In this document: positions 37,692-50,642 of the stretch, piece by piece
Position numbering within the stretch: position 1 is the stretch's first letter
Layout of the letters: each line of letters begins with the position of its first letter
Origin: Mytilus californianus
Taxonomy: Eukaryota
NCBI RefSeq assembly: GCF_021869535.1
Contig: NW_026262734.1
Location: 25,730,001-25,794,000 of the forward strand
Reading direction: 5' to 3'
DNA length: 64,000 nt
Translations under genes and position numbers: made by a program
The notes under the pieces: generated by a model
What the model saw: the letters and a program-made list of their open reading frames with translations, nothing else
The model's database searches: none
Told to the model about the DNA's origin: nothing

Positions 37692-40600
37692 CTGAAATAT
37701 GAATAAGTCATGCAATGATACATTTATGTTTTTTTTTCCGCCGTGTTTTTCTTATTTTGTTTGATAAATGGACACCTCAATTCTTTTAAAATCCCTCTCC
37801 GAACTACTATCAAGTTTATCCTTCTTGTTGCAATTATTCTGTGTTTCTATATGATAAGTTTTTTTATTAAACTTTAAACAAATGCTTAGCAACATAGCTT
37901 CATAACGCTTTCCGAAACCATTCGTTATTACAGTATAACAGAAAAGTGGTAAGAATTCCAATGAGACATCTAGCCAGTAATGCAAAATTACTTGTATTTA
38001 AGCAGCTACATATCCCTGTAAGGATGTTAAAATAGATATTGTATAGTCAGCTGTAAAATGCCTCGACATGACAAAATGTGAAACAATTTAAACGGAAAAA
38101 TCAGTTATCCAATTTATCATAACCAATATAAAAAAGAAATGATAAAGAGCAACGAACGACAACCACTAAATCACTTGGATCAGGCACATAAATAATGTGA
38201 TGGGGTTAAACATGGTTTAAGCTTCCACGTATGTTAGTTTTGCTCACGCATTGTACTAAATATAATGGAATGTTATGCAACTGTCATACAAGCGAGAGGT
38301 TTAGGTAGCTATACAACCAGGTTGGATCCACCATTTTCTACATAAGGAAATGCCTGTACCGAGTCAGGAATATGACAGTTGTTTTCAATTCGTTTGATGT
38401 GTTTCAACTTCAGATTTTGTCGTTTGTTAAGAAACTTTCCGTTGGGGTTCGGTCTTTTTGTTATTGTTTTTGTTGATACAAACTTAGCGAAAAAAGATAA
38501 AAAAACGATATGCATGGCTATGAGAAGTAACTGTTGTCTTCAAACACAACAAAAAATGTACAATATATATATGCAGAGTAGCGTGCCATCTTGTAACGGT
38601 ACGTAAGTCAAAATACAAACCCCCATCACTGAGCTATTGTATTATGATTAATGATATTAAAATGTTGACGAGGTTCATTTGTAAGTTCGGAATAATGATT
38701 TCTTGTTTTGCACATTGTCATAGATTACATAATTCACATTGTATTCATATCAACGATATAAACAAGGTTTTTTTATTCATCTAAAAAATCATTACTAATG
38801 ATTATTGATTATGCAGGTATTGATTATGCAGGTACAAAAATTAATAATTGAGAAAAAATCACATATAAACTTTAATGAATTGCTTACTAGTTATACTACC
38901 GCTGTAAACATAATAAGGTTGATGAGCGATATTACATGATACTCTGATTCTGATCTGTAGTTCAATTGGAAACTGCGATAAACATCATTTCCTTTACGGA
39001 GAGAAGTATACACATAACCACCCCTACCTAACAAGGAATATAATCAAAGTACTCACCTGACAACAAATATACAACTCCTTTCTTAAAATTGACCGCACAC
39101 GTAGCTGAACTTCTGGCGGATCGAACTTTAAGTGTGTTTGAAACCTTGATCTGTGACATAAAAAAAGACATAAACAGATTGATAAGGTATGATAAGGTAT
39201 GATTTCAGTTTTCTTTTAAATTTATAATCGATTTGTTACTTAACACTATCTTTGCTTTTCGTTTATATCCCGAAAATTTCTACAGTTTTTGGTTGAATAT
39301 AAAGATAAGGAGCTGTGGTATGATTGCCAATGAGACAGCGATTGATGAATTTCATTGGAGGTTGTTTAACATGAAGTTGTGTTTTTGTTCTTTATTTTGA
39401 GATCGTTTGGAAGAAAAGAAGTATTGTCAATGGTTTTTTTAATCATACAATAAACATGATAAAAAGGTTAAATGGGACGAAAGCAAATTTCCTGATTTCC
39501 AATTTTCTTCAGGTCTACAAACCAACTACTAATGTTCAAAAATTACAACAACAAAAAACATTTTGATTAACAAATCAAATATCTATCTACGTTGAGTATA
39601 TGCCTCTTTCTGCTCCTGTAAACAAAACACTTGATTGTGTATCTCAATAGATTTAGTATATAGGGGTTTACAAACCATGAATACATAATATAAAACGAAG
39701 ATGAAGAATGATTTAATTCCGATGAATGCCAATGAATCAACTATCTATCCGAGTCTTAATGATGCTGAATTCAGCACGCTTAACTAGTTCAAATATGAGC
39801 AAAACCCCTACCGTATAAACAGCTAAACAAGATTTCGTCATGAACAAGTCTAAACAATTCAAACGAAAAAACCAACGACCTGATTAATAACAAAAATATA
39901 AACGAAAAACAAATGCAACAGACAGCAATCAAAGACAACCATTGAACTACAGACTCTTGACTTTAGACAGGCACCAGGTATTTTTTAAGCACATTATTAC
40001 TTGGATCGTTCAATATATGTCGCAATGCTTTAGTCTTTTTAGTATGAGATTTGTCAAGTATGGCAATAAAAACGCTATTAGTTTCTTGTTTAAATCAATA
40101 TACGGACTATTGTCCATTGGAAACTCTTTTACAATTAATTTACGGACTATTGTCAATTGGAAACTCTTTTACAGAGCAAATTAAAGTTGGTGTTCTTATC
40201 TCTATGTCTTTGAATGTGTGATAGTGTGTTTTGTCATGCATATACATTTAAAACTCTAAAACGTGACGTGTAGTGTCGATCATTGTCGCTCTTAGTGGTT
40301 ACCCTGCTTGAGTAGTTTTGCGTTTTGAACATATCTGTGATAGAGAACTCCGTAACAAGAGAACTAACAGATGCTAAACGTATCATTTAAAAATTAAAAA
40401 ACATTTTTAAAAAAATGTCACACGATTGTCGAATACACACATCGGCTTTACATACATGAATGCAGACCGTCTAGTTCGGTGATCTCTTCAATGTCAAAAA
40501 GCAGAAACCTACTCTTCTTGAAAGCTAGAGGTAATTTTTTTCTTTTTAGTGCTAGAAGTATTTTTAATGCAACACTGCCGACTGTTATGCTTGTTTTTAA

Positions 40601-42947
40601 CCTTTCAAAGGTACCAGAATGTAATATGAGTCACAGAATTATCCAAAAAATGTTAAATCGACACTAACATATTTTAATAAGATTACTAAATGCAAAACAT
40701 TGTCTGAATTAAAGCTGTTGCACTCATCTAAATATTGTTAACAAGAATTAAGATATAAAGTTTTGAAGTTTTTTAAAATGTTGTTTGAAGGGATAAAATT
40801 AAATATCTATAACGAAATTAGGATACTGATATTTTACAGAATATTTCTTGTGAACAATTGATGGATATTATTCCAATTTCATTGAACAAAACAATCGCCT
40901 TATAAACTTCCTCTGCATGAACCTCTGCAACGCATCTTAACGTGTATTTTAAGACTCATATTATATATTACCTTAAAATTATGGTTCACGGCCACTGTGT
41001 ATTCAACTTGATCTGCGCTCAGGTTCTTAATTCCTGTAACCTTTCCTCGTGAAACTAAAAATATAATCAAAGCTTTTCAAAAACTGGCGACCAAAACCTG
41101 TAGTTATAAATAAGAAGATGTGGTATGAGTGCCAATGAGACAACTCTCCATCCAAGTCACAATGTATTAAAAGTAAACAATTATAGGTCAAAGGACGGCC
41201 TTCAACACGGAGCCTTGGCTCACACCGAACAGCAAACACTATAGTGTTTGTATATAAGTAAAACTGAATAGAGGAAGTAGTAACGGTAAGTAATACAAGA
41301 CAGCTTAATGCTTTGTGTTGATAAAACAAGATTAATTTGAAGAAAAAAAATAGGCATTGATTTTCTATTGATTTTTCTTTATTCCATAGTCTTTTAAATT
41401 CTATATTTTTATAACGATCAAAAGGTACTCAATTCAACATAGAACATAAAAGGGCATTAGCTGTCAAATTCATGTTCACCGATTTAACTCAAATTCTGAT
41501 ATTTGATTTATAACATACTAAAACTTATAAAAATTAAAAATAAACAATTAACAATGCATGGACTCGATAATATGTATTAACATTTCAAGGCGTATTTTTG
41601 TCTAGACGTCAATTAATTAACCATCGAGACAACCTCCGAAGACTGCCTACGGTTATAAAACGATACAAACATAGTTGTAAATATAAATAGATAGCTACCA
41701 CGTGGAACTGGGTTTTTCGAGGTCTGTATTGTAGGTTAAAAAGTATGTTTAGCATCGTTTTTACTTGAAACATGCGTAACCCATCTCCAGCACAGGGGTT
41801 AAATAGATTGTCACATAAATATCGATTCAATGAGGTGAATAATTTATCAGCGATGGGTTTTGTTTTAGCTTATTTTGACAAAATTGAAGCAAACTGGCTG
41901 CTAAAAGCTAATTATTATTTCACTATTCCACTTTCATAAATGATTGAACAGAAAAAAACCGTATTCTATTTTTTTTTCATAACTCGTATCTAATGCCCTT
42001 TTAAGGTAAAATGAAAAAAGTTGCAATAATTATCATTCTCATGAAAGTAAAAGATGATTGCAGAATAAGAACAAATTAACCTTTGTAGAAACATTGAAAA
42101 AAATATAGAAATTGGTTCATTTAATGAGATGCAAATTTTTGTTTAGGGTTTCAATATTCACCAAAGAGATGGTTTATTGCAAATGATACGTGACTACATT
42201 TCAACTGCATTAATATATCATCATAACGAAGTTGTTGCATGTCCTACAATTTTGAATACTAATTATTGATTGGTTTTTTCAAGGGTGCTTAACGTCCGCG
42301 GGAGATAAGATACAAGTAGGACAATAAAATGCCAAAGGTATTTGTTCTCCATACGTAAAATATGTGTAAATGATCTGCTTTGTATTATGCACGATGAGTT
42401 GTGTTGTTTTTTAAAAGCCAGCTCTGAATTGGCTAGACGGTGAAAAACGGATCTATCTGAAAAAATACCTGATTTATTTCGTGCGTCTGAAGCACTTGTC
42501 TGAAATATATTTCATCTGCAAAGCTCAAACCTAGACAGAATAGCCATGTTCATGTAATTTATATTTTCGGGTTTGTCACGGAATGAAAATAAAAACCTTT
42601 ATTTAATAGTATTCGAGGCATAGATATGTTGTAGTGATGTAGTAAGTACAATATGCAAGACGACCTTAATGTTAAATAGAGACACATCAAGTTTTATAGA
42701 TTTCCGTTTTCCAACTGAATTATTTGTATTAAGTGTCCTATACAATTATAGACATCCAAATTATGTTAAAATTGAAGAATTTATAAAATCGAAATCTTTT
42801 TAATATCTGCATATATATACGGCTATTACCGAATTTAGCGCTACAGAACAATTCTTGATTTGTACCACCAGAACATGTACATCCATAGGCCTCGGAAATG
42901 ACATTTATCAGCACAAGACAAACGATGATTACTATCGTTAGCTTCAT
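37576..42947 (-). CDS. TIMP: TIMP-B: secreted single-domain TIMP-like protein, 136 aa, 4 coding exons
   Basis: join(42947-42830, 41054-40972, 39150-39057, 37691-37576), GT-AG, phases 1/0/1. Protein MKLTIVIIVCLVLINVISEAYG-CTCSGGTNQELFCSAKFVSRGKVTGIKNLSADQVEYTVAVNHNFKIKVSNTLKVRSARSSATCAVNFKKGVVYLLSGAVSGSTYHTTSCQWNHKWQDISSDTRTKLLGGQFNNC*. CTC start, SSATC and YLLSG motifs, six mature Cys. Confidence 0.9.
39057..39150 (-). CDS. TIMP: TIMP-B coding exon 3
   Basis: 94 nt; cacag| acceptor, G|gtgagt donor. Confidence 0.88.
40972..41054 (-). CDS. TIMP: TIMP-B coding exon 2
   Basis: 83 nt; tttag| acceptor, AAG|gtaata donor. Confidence 0.88.
42830..42947 (-). CDS. TIMP: TIMP-B coding exon 1
   Basis: 118 nt; ttcag|aataaccATG; G|gtaata donor. 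Confidence 0.9.
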
Positions 42948-43680
42948 GGTTATTCTGAAATAAAGACTACTGTATTTTATTCAGTAAATGAGCCGTCATT
43001 TTACCTTATAAATGTTTCAGAAAACATGTTTTACGAAAAATGAAATATCACTTATACTGACTATAATAGCAGATACGCTTAAAAAAACGAGTATGTTTAG
43101 ATTAGCTGAGTTTGTTGTTTACAGTAGACATAAAAGACGAATTTAATTTTCTTTGATTGACAAATAGGAAATATGAACAACGCAAAATATATATAAAATG
43201 TATAACTCAGTTGAATCGCAATAAAGAAATAAAATCCTCACACCATAACAATATGCAAAAATTATGGCGACAGTTGTTTAACGATGTTCAAATCTGGTAA
43301 ATCGATGAGGAAAAATAAATTAAAAAAAAAACACAACGTAAGGTATAAATATTCAAACAGCGAGACAAGAACCAACAAAACCCCTAACGTGTTGAAGTTC
43401 TTATCAACATGGCATAAAAATTTAAAAAAAAATCAAATGTGGAATCAGGGCATATATTTTTTAAACATTGAAAATGATAGAGGTTACTGGTTTTTGTTTT
43501 AAGCATTGACTTAAAAAAAGTGGAAGGATGCCAATATATTAAGGAAGAGATGAAAATATAAGGAACTACAATTTATCAAATTATAACAGATTTTAACAGT
43601 TAGATACAACACATTTCATATCTTATTAATCATGGAAACAAAATTATATATTATATAGTGAAGCACAACAAGTATCTTAC

Positions 43681-43820
43681 CTTTAGTTATTGAATAAATA
43701 GACGTGCCTTGTCTGAATTATCAAACCGTTTATATATACACTTGTGAACCGGATTTCGTTATAATTAATCCATATTATTAACTCTTAAAACAACCTTTGT
43801 ATGACAAGGTTGTGTTGTTG
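43681..43820 (-). promoter_or_regulatory. predicted promoter and non-coding first exon of TIMP-B
   Basis: Minus strand: CAACAACACAACCTTGTCATACAAAGG (43820-43794), AAATCCGGTTCA (43756-43745), TATATATAAA (43738-43729), donor TAAAG|gtaaga at 43680; closely collinear with 10252-10392. Confidence 0.65.
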
Positions 43821-44044
43821 CGCATCCATTATTTGTCAAAAAAATCTGTTTTATCTTCTTAAAATGATAAGTTGTGTTGTAAATATTTGAAGATTATTTC
43901 TCCTTTATGGTTTGTAAAGAAGTCAAACTCGTGTAATATATAATTTATGCATCTATGTCCTTTCAGAATATTTTGAAAAATAAAAATAAAAATAGGTACA
44001 TCAATATAAAATATATATTACACAAAGGACTGGTAAATACATTG

Positions 44045-44630
44045 TCATTTATAATTTCTCATTTCAAACTTAACATTTCTCATTTCAAATTTAACATTTC
44101 TCAGTTCCAACTTGGCATATCTCAGTTCCAAGTTGACATTTTTCAATTCTAAGTTAACATTTCTCAGATTCAAGTTGGCATTTATTAAGGCGACTATCGC
44201 TTACGTATGCTAAAATTTTGCAAATCGATTAGAAAGTACAAACAACAGCTGAGTGAATCACATGAACTCCAAAAATATCGAGAATGGATGCGTCGACAGG
44301 ATACACTTCTCCTGCTATCAACTTCCAGATCAAAGTTGGCATTTCTAAGTTTCAAGTTGACATTTCTCATTTACAAGCTGACTTTTCTCAGTTTCAAGTT
44401 GACATTTCTCAGTTACAAATTGATATTTCTCAGTTTCAAGTTGACACTTCTTATATCCAACTTTTCATTTCTGACTTCTAAGATGGAAATCAGAAGTTTC
44501 AACTTGAAATTTAAAAACGCCGACTTGAAAGTAAGAAATATCAACTTATGGATATTGATATGGAACTGGAAAATAACAAATTTAACTAAACAATGTCAAT
44601 TTGACAGTAATAAATGCTATAATGGAAATG
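44045..44630. repeat. 21-bp minisatellite-bearing element (TTTCAAGTTGACATTTCTCAG), with inverted units at the right end
   Basis: Explains the KLxFLSF / ISQFQVD ORFs; shorter paralogous version at 10790-11160. Confidence 0.85.
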
Positions 44631-46504
44631 AAAATTTATAAAACTTAAACATCCCAACAGTCTTTTGTTATATTATACTTACAGCGAGAGGAATAATCAA
44701 AACAATACCCAATGTCACTCTAAGCAACAGTTACTTTCCTCCCACATTCCTTGTTGAGGATGACATTGAAACCCTTGCAAATAAAAACATATTGTAAATT
44801 CAACATTTAATTTCAAAATATCTAATGATTATGTTTTTCGTAGGGTTGGTGTCTCACTTAGGCGCTCGAATCCTTTTCTACTGCAACCATGCTATTTGCA
44901 CATTTTCATTTCCTGATTTAATTGTATTGACATTTTGTACAATGAAAGCACGTTATGGTACGTAACTGTCAGAAAATCAACCATTAAAGATAAGTTTGAT
45001 TCAATCGACACAGATTCAAATCTCAGGAAAACATTTTGGTGTACAACTTATACATATGCAATGTAAGTAATTAAATCATCGAAGAGATTTTCTGAAACCC
45101 TGATTTTTCCTTTATCATTTAGAATAATGAAATACACCGACTTTGCTATTTTGGTTTGTGTTGTCATCACTGTTCATATTAATCCTTCAAAGAACCATAT
45201 AGTAGAAATATTTGATCATATTGAAGTAGTGTCCATTGTAAGTCACTATGTCATTAGTCTAATATATAAAATCTACTTTTTATCATCATAATCACATTAA
45301 CTGGAAACGTAGAACTACTTGTATTGACTCAGTTTGAAAGTCTTGCTACGCATGTATGATTTTCCAGAGATTCCGACGTCTACTAAAACAAGCAATATGA
45401 CACAACCGTTAATAAGTTCTGATCTTTATTTCTTGGCTTTTAGCATTGCACACATAGTAAAACTGTAATACACTGTTTTGACGTGTATTGCTAAAAAAAT
45501 ATGAAAAAAATACCGAACTCCAAGATAAATTCAAAAAGGGTGAAATCGTTTAGAATTAACAAAATAAAAAAATAGACTATATCGACAATAGAAACAAATG
45601 AGAAACAATGACATATTCCTAAATTGGTACAGCCATTTCTTAGGCAATTGCTGTGTTAAACCTGGTTTTATAACTCGTTAAACCTCCCACTTGTATGACA
45701 GTTGTTCTAAAGTTGCTCATAACTATTCATATTATTGTTTAAGAGAAATACTGGTACAACAAAATTTTGGTTATTGTTGTATAACTTATACAGTATAGTT
45801 TTGATGGTTGAAAGCGCACTCAACCATTTTTTTTAATATGTTGGATTAACAATAGTCAATAAAGTCATATTTGTTTCATTGCTAGAAATACTCATTTACT
45901 GTACGCTAATTTCTGACGTCATTTTGTTTTATGGGCACACTGGATCCCTGCATCTTTGACCTGACAATGTCATCATGTTCTGCTAATATATTCCGATCAT
46001 CTGTGTTTTATTTAACCTTTGATACAGAAATGTATTAACTCTATCATTTATCTAAGCTGCGATATTAATATAATCCTATTAAGAAATTCGTCCCTTTGAT
46101 CAACGTACAAAAGACGTAAAAAATATCGTCTAAACAAAATGACAGAGACAGATAACGATTATATTCAAGTGCATTGGGAATGTCAACAATTATTGTTTTG
46201 ATTGCTTAAACACTGTTTTCCCAATTTTGGCTTATATTGAATATCCAAACTTGCTGTTTTTACTTAATATAGAGAGAGGAATCCGATTAGAATTGACAGA
46301 CTGAGAGAGATCGTCATTGGTATTCAAGGTCGTTACACTACTCCATATGACCTCTAACCAGCATGCTTGTTATAAAATGAAATATCATGTGTACTGTGCA
46401 TTTAATTTTTATCAAATCTTCTCACCGTTTTAATTTGAGTGCTATCGATGAGTCTTATGTAGACGGAACGCGTGTATTGAGTATAAGCCTGGTATACTTG
46501 ATGA

Positions 46505-46636
46505 TTATTAGTAGGAGTATTAGTAGAAATGGTAGAAGTAGAGTTTGATTATTAGAAGTAGAATTTGATTAGTAGAGGTAGAAGAAGTTGTAGTAGAAGT
46601 AGTAGTGCTAGTAGTAGTAGTAGAAGTAGTAGTGCA
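46505..46636. repeat. (GTA/GAA)n low-complexity microsatellite
   Basis: AGTAGTAGAAGTAG tract. Confidence 0.8.
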
Positions 46637-48088
46637 AATTGTCGAGAAATCTTTTGATCAAATTTGTATCTAAGCCTTACCAATCTTATCAATATATATT
46701 TGCAATGAACGATCAGAAAAGCTTCACAATTGCTTTAAGCAGTCTCAGGAAGTATTTTAATATTAAACTGATCCTTAAGAGGCCTACATATTTTTCGCCT
46801 AGTATATCCGCTGTTGACCGTAGAATGAATAAAATTGATATTTTTTCAACATTGTACATGTATACTTGTTATCTTGGAATTATTTGGTATTAACTGATAT
46901 AAAGTATTACTAACTTCAATGATTCTTGCTATAAGATGCTTTATGAACTATTGCATTTTGATAAAAAGAAGGCAGACATTACATCGTCGATTACATCCAC
47001 GATAACAATGGAAATGGCAGAATAATACTGAAGTGACATTCCTCGTTAAAAGAACTTACTGCCGTAGTTTAATGTTACAATCCTGGAATGTATGATATAT
47101 TAACCTGGTCTATTTAAACTTTCATTGCTTCTCTTTTTATTCTAGTTGTCTGAAAAGTGTGTATAACTACTATTATGAAATAAACATTCAGTAAGCTATT
47201 GAAGGTTTACAGCTTGATGTTTCGTCCTTTTTAAGAAATACTCTATTAACTGTTAAAAAAGTTTTGATATTTAACGTGTTTGTTTTTTATTTGTTTTTTT
47301 GCCATGTTAGTTTTTTGTTTGTTTGTTACCATATTAGTTTTATTGAAATGAATTCAGAAAACAGAGTCATTAATTCGTGCTTCTTTTCTGACCGACATAT
47401 CATATCATACATCTGATATAAGTCATTCTGCAAATTATGTGTTAAAATGAAAAGGATATTGTCACCCCAGATTTCAAACTATTTTTCGTTTTTAATTAAA
47501 ACTATCAAAAACATCAAAACCTTAAATTTTCAGAATTCAAATATCAGTTGTCTTTTGGGTAAAGAACAAATTGTTTAAAACTTAACAATTCATCGAAAAA
47601 TATAATTTTAACAGTTATGACCCAATTTTCATTTCATATAAAATATTTTCCAAACTGTGGATATCTATTGTTATGTTTAATAGCTAGGCGAAAGATACCA
47701 AAGAGACATTATTTTTTTAGTCAGGCATATTCTACAAAAAAACTATTTTTCTTGTAGAATCCGACTAAACATTGATTTGGTAGTAGTGTTTAATTATTAT
47801 TTAGAATATTATTTTTTTACTTCATCAATTATTAAAAAATGCAATACATTATAATTCCTGTGTGTTTACGTCTGAGAATATACTTGTCGGACATACCATC
47901 TAGTATACCAGATAGATTAATTTAACAATTATTTGAAACCTTTCAACAGGTATATGTCACGTGTCTACCATATTTATTAGTAAATCTTAACATATTTAGT
48001 AACACATGCATTTGTCTCATTGGCAATCATACCACATCTTCATATTTTTGTATTTGACAAATGTTGTATTTTTCCTAGAATTGGGACA

Positions 48089-48225
48089 CAACAACACGAC
48101 TCCGTGATATAAAGGTCGGGTTAAGACATAATAATCAGACAGTAAGTGTTACAAAATCCGGTTCATTAGTTTATCTATGCACGATTTCATAATTAGAATT
48201 TGATAATATTTCCATCCTAAACAAG
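48089..48225 (+). promoter_or_regulatory. predicted promoter and non-coding first exon of TIMP-D
   Basis: CAACAACACGACTCCGTGATATAAAGG (48089-48115), AAATCCGGTTCA (48154-48165), donor CAAG|gtaaga at 48226. Confidence 0.62.
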
Positions 48226-49189
48226 GTAAGATAGTTGTTATGTTCACTGGTCAGTTGGAATTTTGTTCTATATTTAAACGATGTTTAAATCTCACATATT
48301 TAACTTTAATATGTTGAAACCCTTTAATCTTCTTTAGAATGTCACAAGCAGTAGCTTTTATCTATCCCATATTTCAAAATGAAATCGTTTTGTGAATAAT
48401 TTGAAATTGTCTCTGAATCTGTAATTAATTTTAACTGCATTAAAGAGAATGTCAAATTATTTTACCTTTCCCAGGCTATTATAGTGGAGAGTTGTCTCAT
48501 TGGCAATCGTACCACATCTTCTTTTTTATATTAGAACTTTTATAATTCTATTAATAATATATCTGTCAGGAGTTTCCGTTATATAGATACAATGGATAAG
48601 CGTGGATCCATTGTATCTATAACTTAAACTATTGTGTTAATTTCTTTTCAAAATTAAAGCCTTTTCTTAATTAGAAGGTATTGTAAGTGAGTTTAAATAA
48701 CCATGTTATCGTGTCCAACGATGCATTGATAAATCTCAGATCACAATTAATTGGATAACAAATTACAAATATAACACTTCTACCTTGAAAGATCTTTATA
48801 TTATCAGGCATCTGAATATTATCTATTTTTACAAAATAAGACATATTCGAACTTATTTCTAATAAAATTGAGAATGGAAATGGGGAATGTGTCAAAGAGA
48901 CAACAACCCGACCAAAGAGCATATGTAAAGTATATATAATAAGTATGTTACCAAAATTTCTAGCACTCTAGGCACATCACGATTTTCTCGTATAGGAATT
49001 TGCGAACAAACATTTGTAAAATTATGTAGTAAAAAAGATGAAATCATACTATATTTATTCAACAAAAAATGACAAATAAAATGTAATCATTTTTGTTTCA
49101 AACACGTGAAATAGCCAATAATAATAAAAAAAATAAACGGTAAAACTAGCTATTATTACAAAAATATCCATTATAACATGCAAAATCAG

Positions 49190-49340
49190 AAAAAAAAAAA
49201 GAATTTGAACAACAGAGATAATACAGGGATTCGAACCTAAACCGACAAATCCCTATCTTTTAACTCGTTGATTTTAAGCATGCTAACCTCGCGGCTACCA
49301 ACTTATACTATACGACTGCCCATTGTGTATATATAAAGGT
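49190..49340 (-). other. tRNA-related Pol III promoter remnant (SINE-head-like), not a functional tRNA
   Basis: Minus strand: TATATA, A-box-like TAGCCGCGAGG (49297-49287), B-box GGTTCGAATCCC (49237-49226), T-run at 49200-49190; no clean cloverleaf. Confidence 0.4.
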
Positions 49341-50200
49341 ACAACCCATGTATGTCCGATGTTCATTTATATATATAAAATAGACATCTAATTTGTAATC
49401 CATTGGCATCCGAGAGGTTTTGTCGATGTGTTCATGTCAGTCATTCATAACATATTTCAAGGAAGGATTCGATTCCCAGTGAAGGCATATACAAATTACA
49501 AAATTAAAGGTAAGTTTTTAAATTAATTCCATTAGTGAACAGAAATCAGTAAATTAGCCAATTCAAACTTAATGAAATTAGACACACAAAGGAAACAATT
49601 GAATATAATTTGGTGGGTCCATTTCAGCGACAGATTTAGGAAGCGTTGATTCTAGAAAAAGAATCCACGATAAATGAATAGGCTGACGTCACCACAATGT
49701 TTAAAATTTAAACATTGTATTAATGTACATTTGCATGCTAATTAGTTTATGAAAACAACTCCTCATTAAAATAAATTTCAAATAGCCTCGGGGATCCTTT
49801 GCAAGCCTTTGTTTGTATGATCACTCATGCAAAAAATTGTAAATATTTAAATTGTTTTGATTGTTATCGATCGATTTTTACAGGTAACTTTTTGATACAC
49901 ATTCAATAATGAGCCTCCAAAAAACGTTCGGAATTCAGTATTGGCAGGGTTCGGTTTGTTCAGGTTGAATTAACGTTAATTAATGAGGAAATTTCATGGG
50001 ACTTTGGAAATTGTTCGTTATAAAGTAAAATTCGGTTTTATCAGGGTTCGATTTCCCCATGTTTCAATGTATATGAAAAACGGGCATACAAATCAATATA
50101 AGTTTTACCTTTAGATTGATGTGTGAAATATGAAAAGGATGTTATTCTGAACATTAACAACAGTCACTTTAAATTATTTAAAGCTATTGAAGGTTTCTTG

Positions 50201-50642
50201 AGGTTGCACTTTGTAAATACAGCTGTTTCACAAGCCACGCCTCTTTTGGGGAGATATATAATATTCATAGATATGTTAATTTGTTAACGTACTGGTTCCC
50301 AGATATGATCTCTGTGTTTCATCTCATAGAGACATAACTTGGGAATGTTACCAGTAAAGAAAATCATGGTAGCGCCTAAATTTTAATTCTAAGAAGGCCC
50401 AAAAGTGGAGGTAGGGATAGTATAGAATTTTAGTATAAGTTTAAACTCTTAGAAGTCCAGGGCATATAAATGCTGAAAATATGCCGCACAGCCCTATTTT
50501 TTTACCTTTGAATAAAATAGTAGTGCATATCAACTTTCCGTTGGATATAACTTTTCACGAAACTTCATAGTAAAAGTGGCACAGTCTTAGCCGTAAAAGG
50601 AGTTCCTACGGAAAATTGTCTATATTTACAGAATTGCATCCT
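50201..50642. mobile_element. about 445-bp TIR-bounded element, copy 1 (TIMP-D intron 1)
   Basis: AGGTTGCACTTTGTAAATA ... TATTTACAGAATTGCATCCT; highly similar to 51859-52308. Confidence 0.65.

Noticed and set aside
44207-44641. 144-aa ORF with KLTFLSF repeats
   Set aside because: Translation of a 21-bp minisatellite; frame not conserved in the paralogous copy
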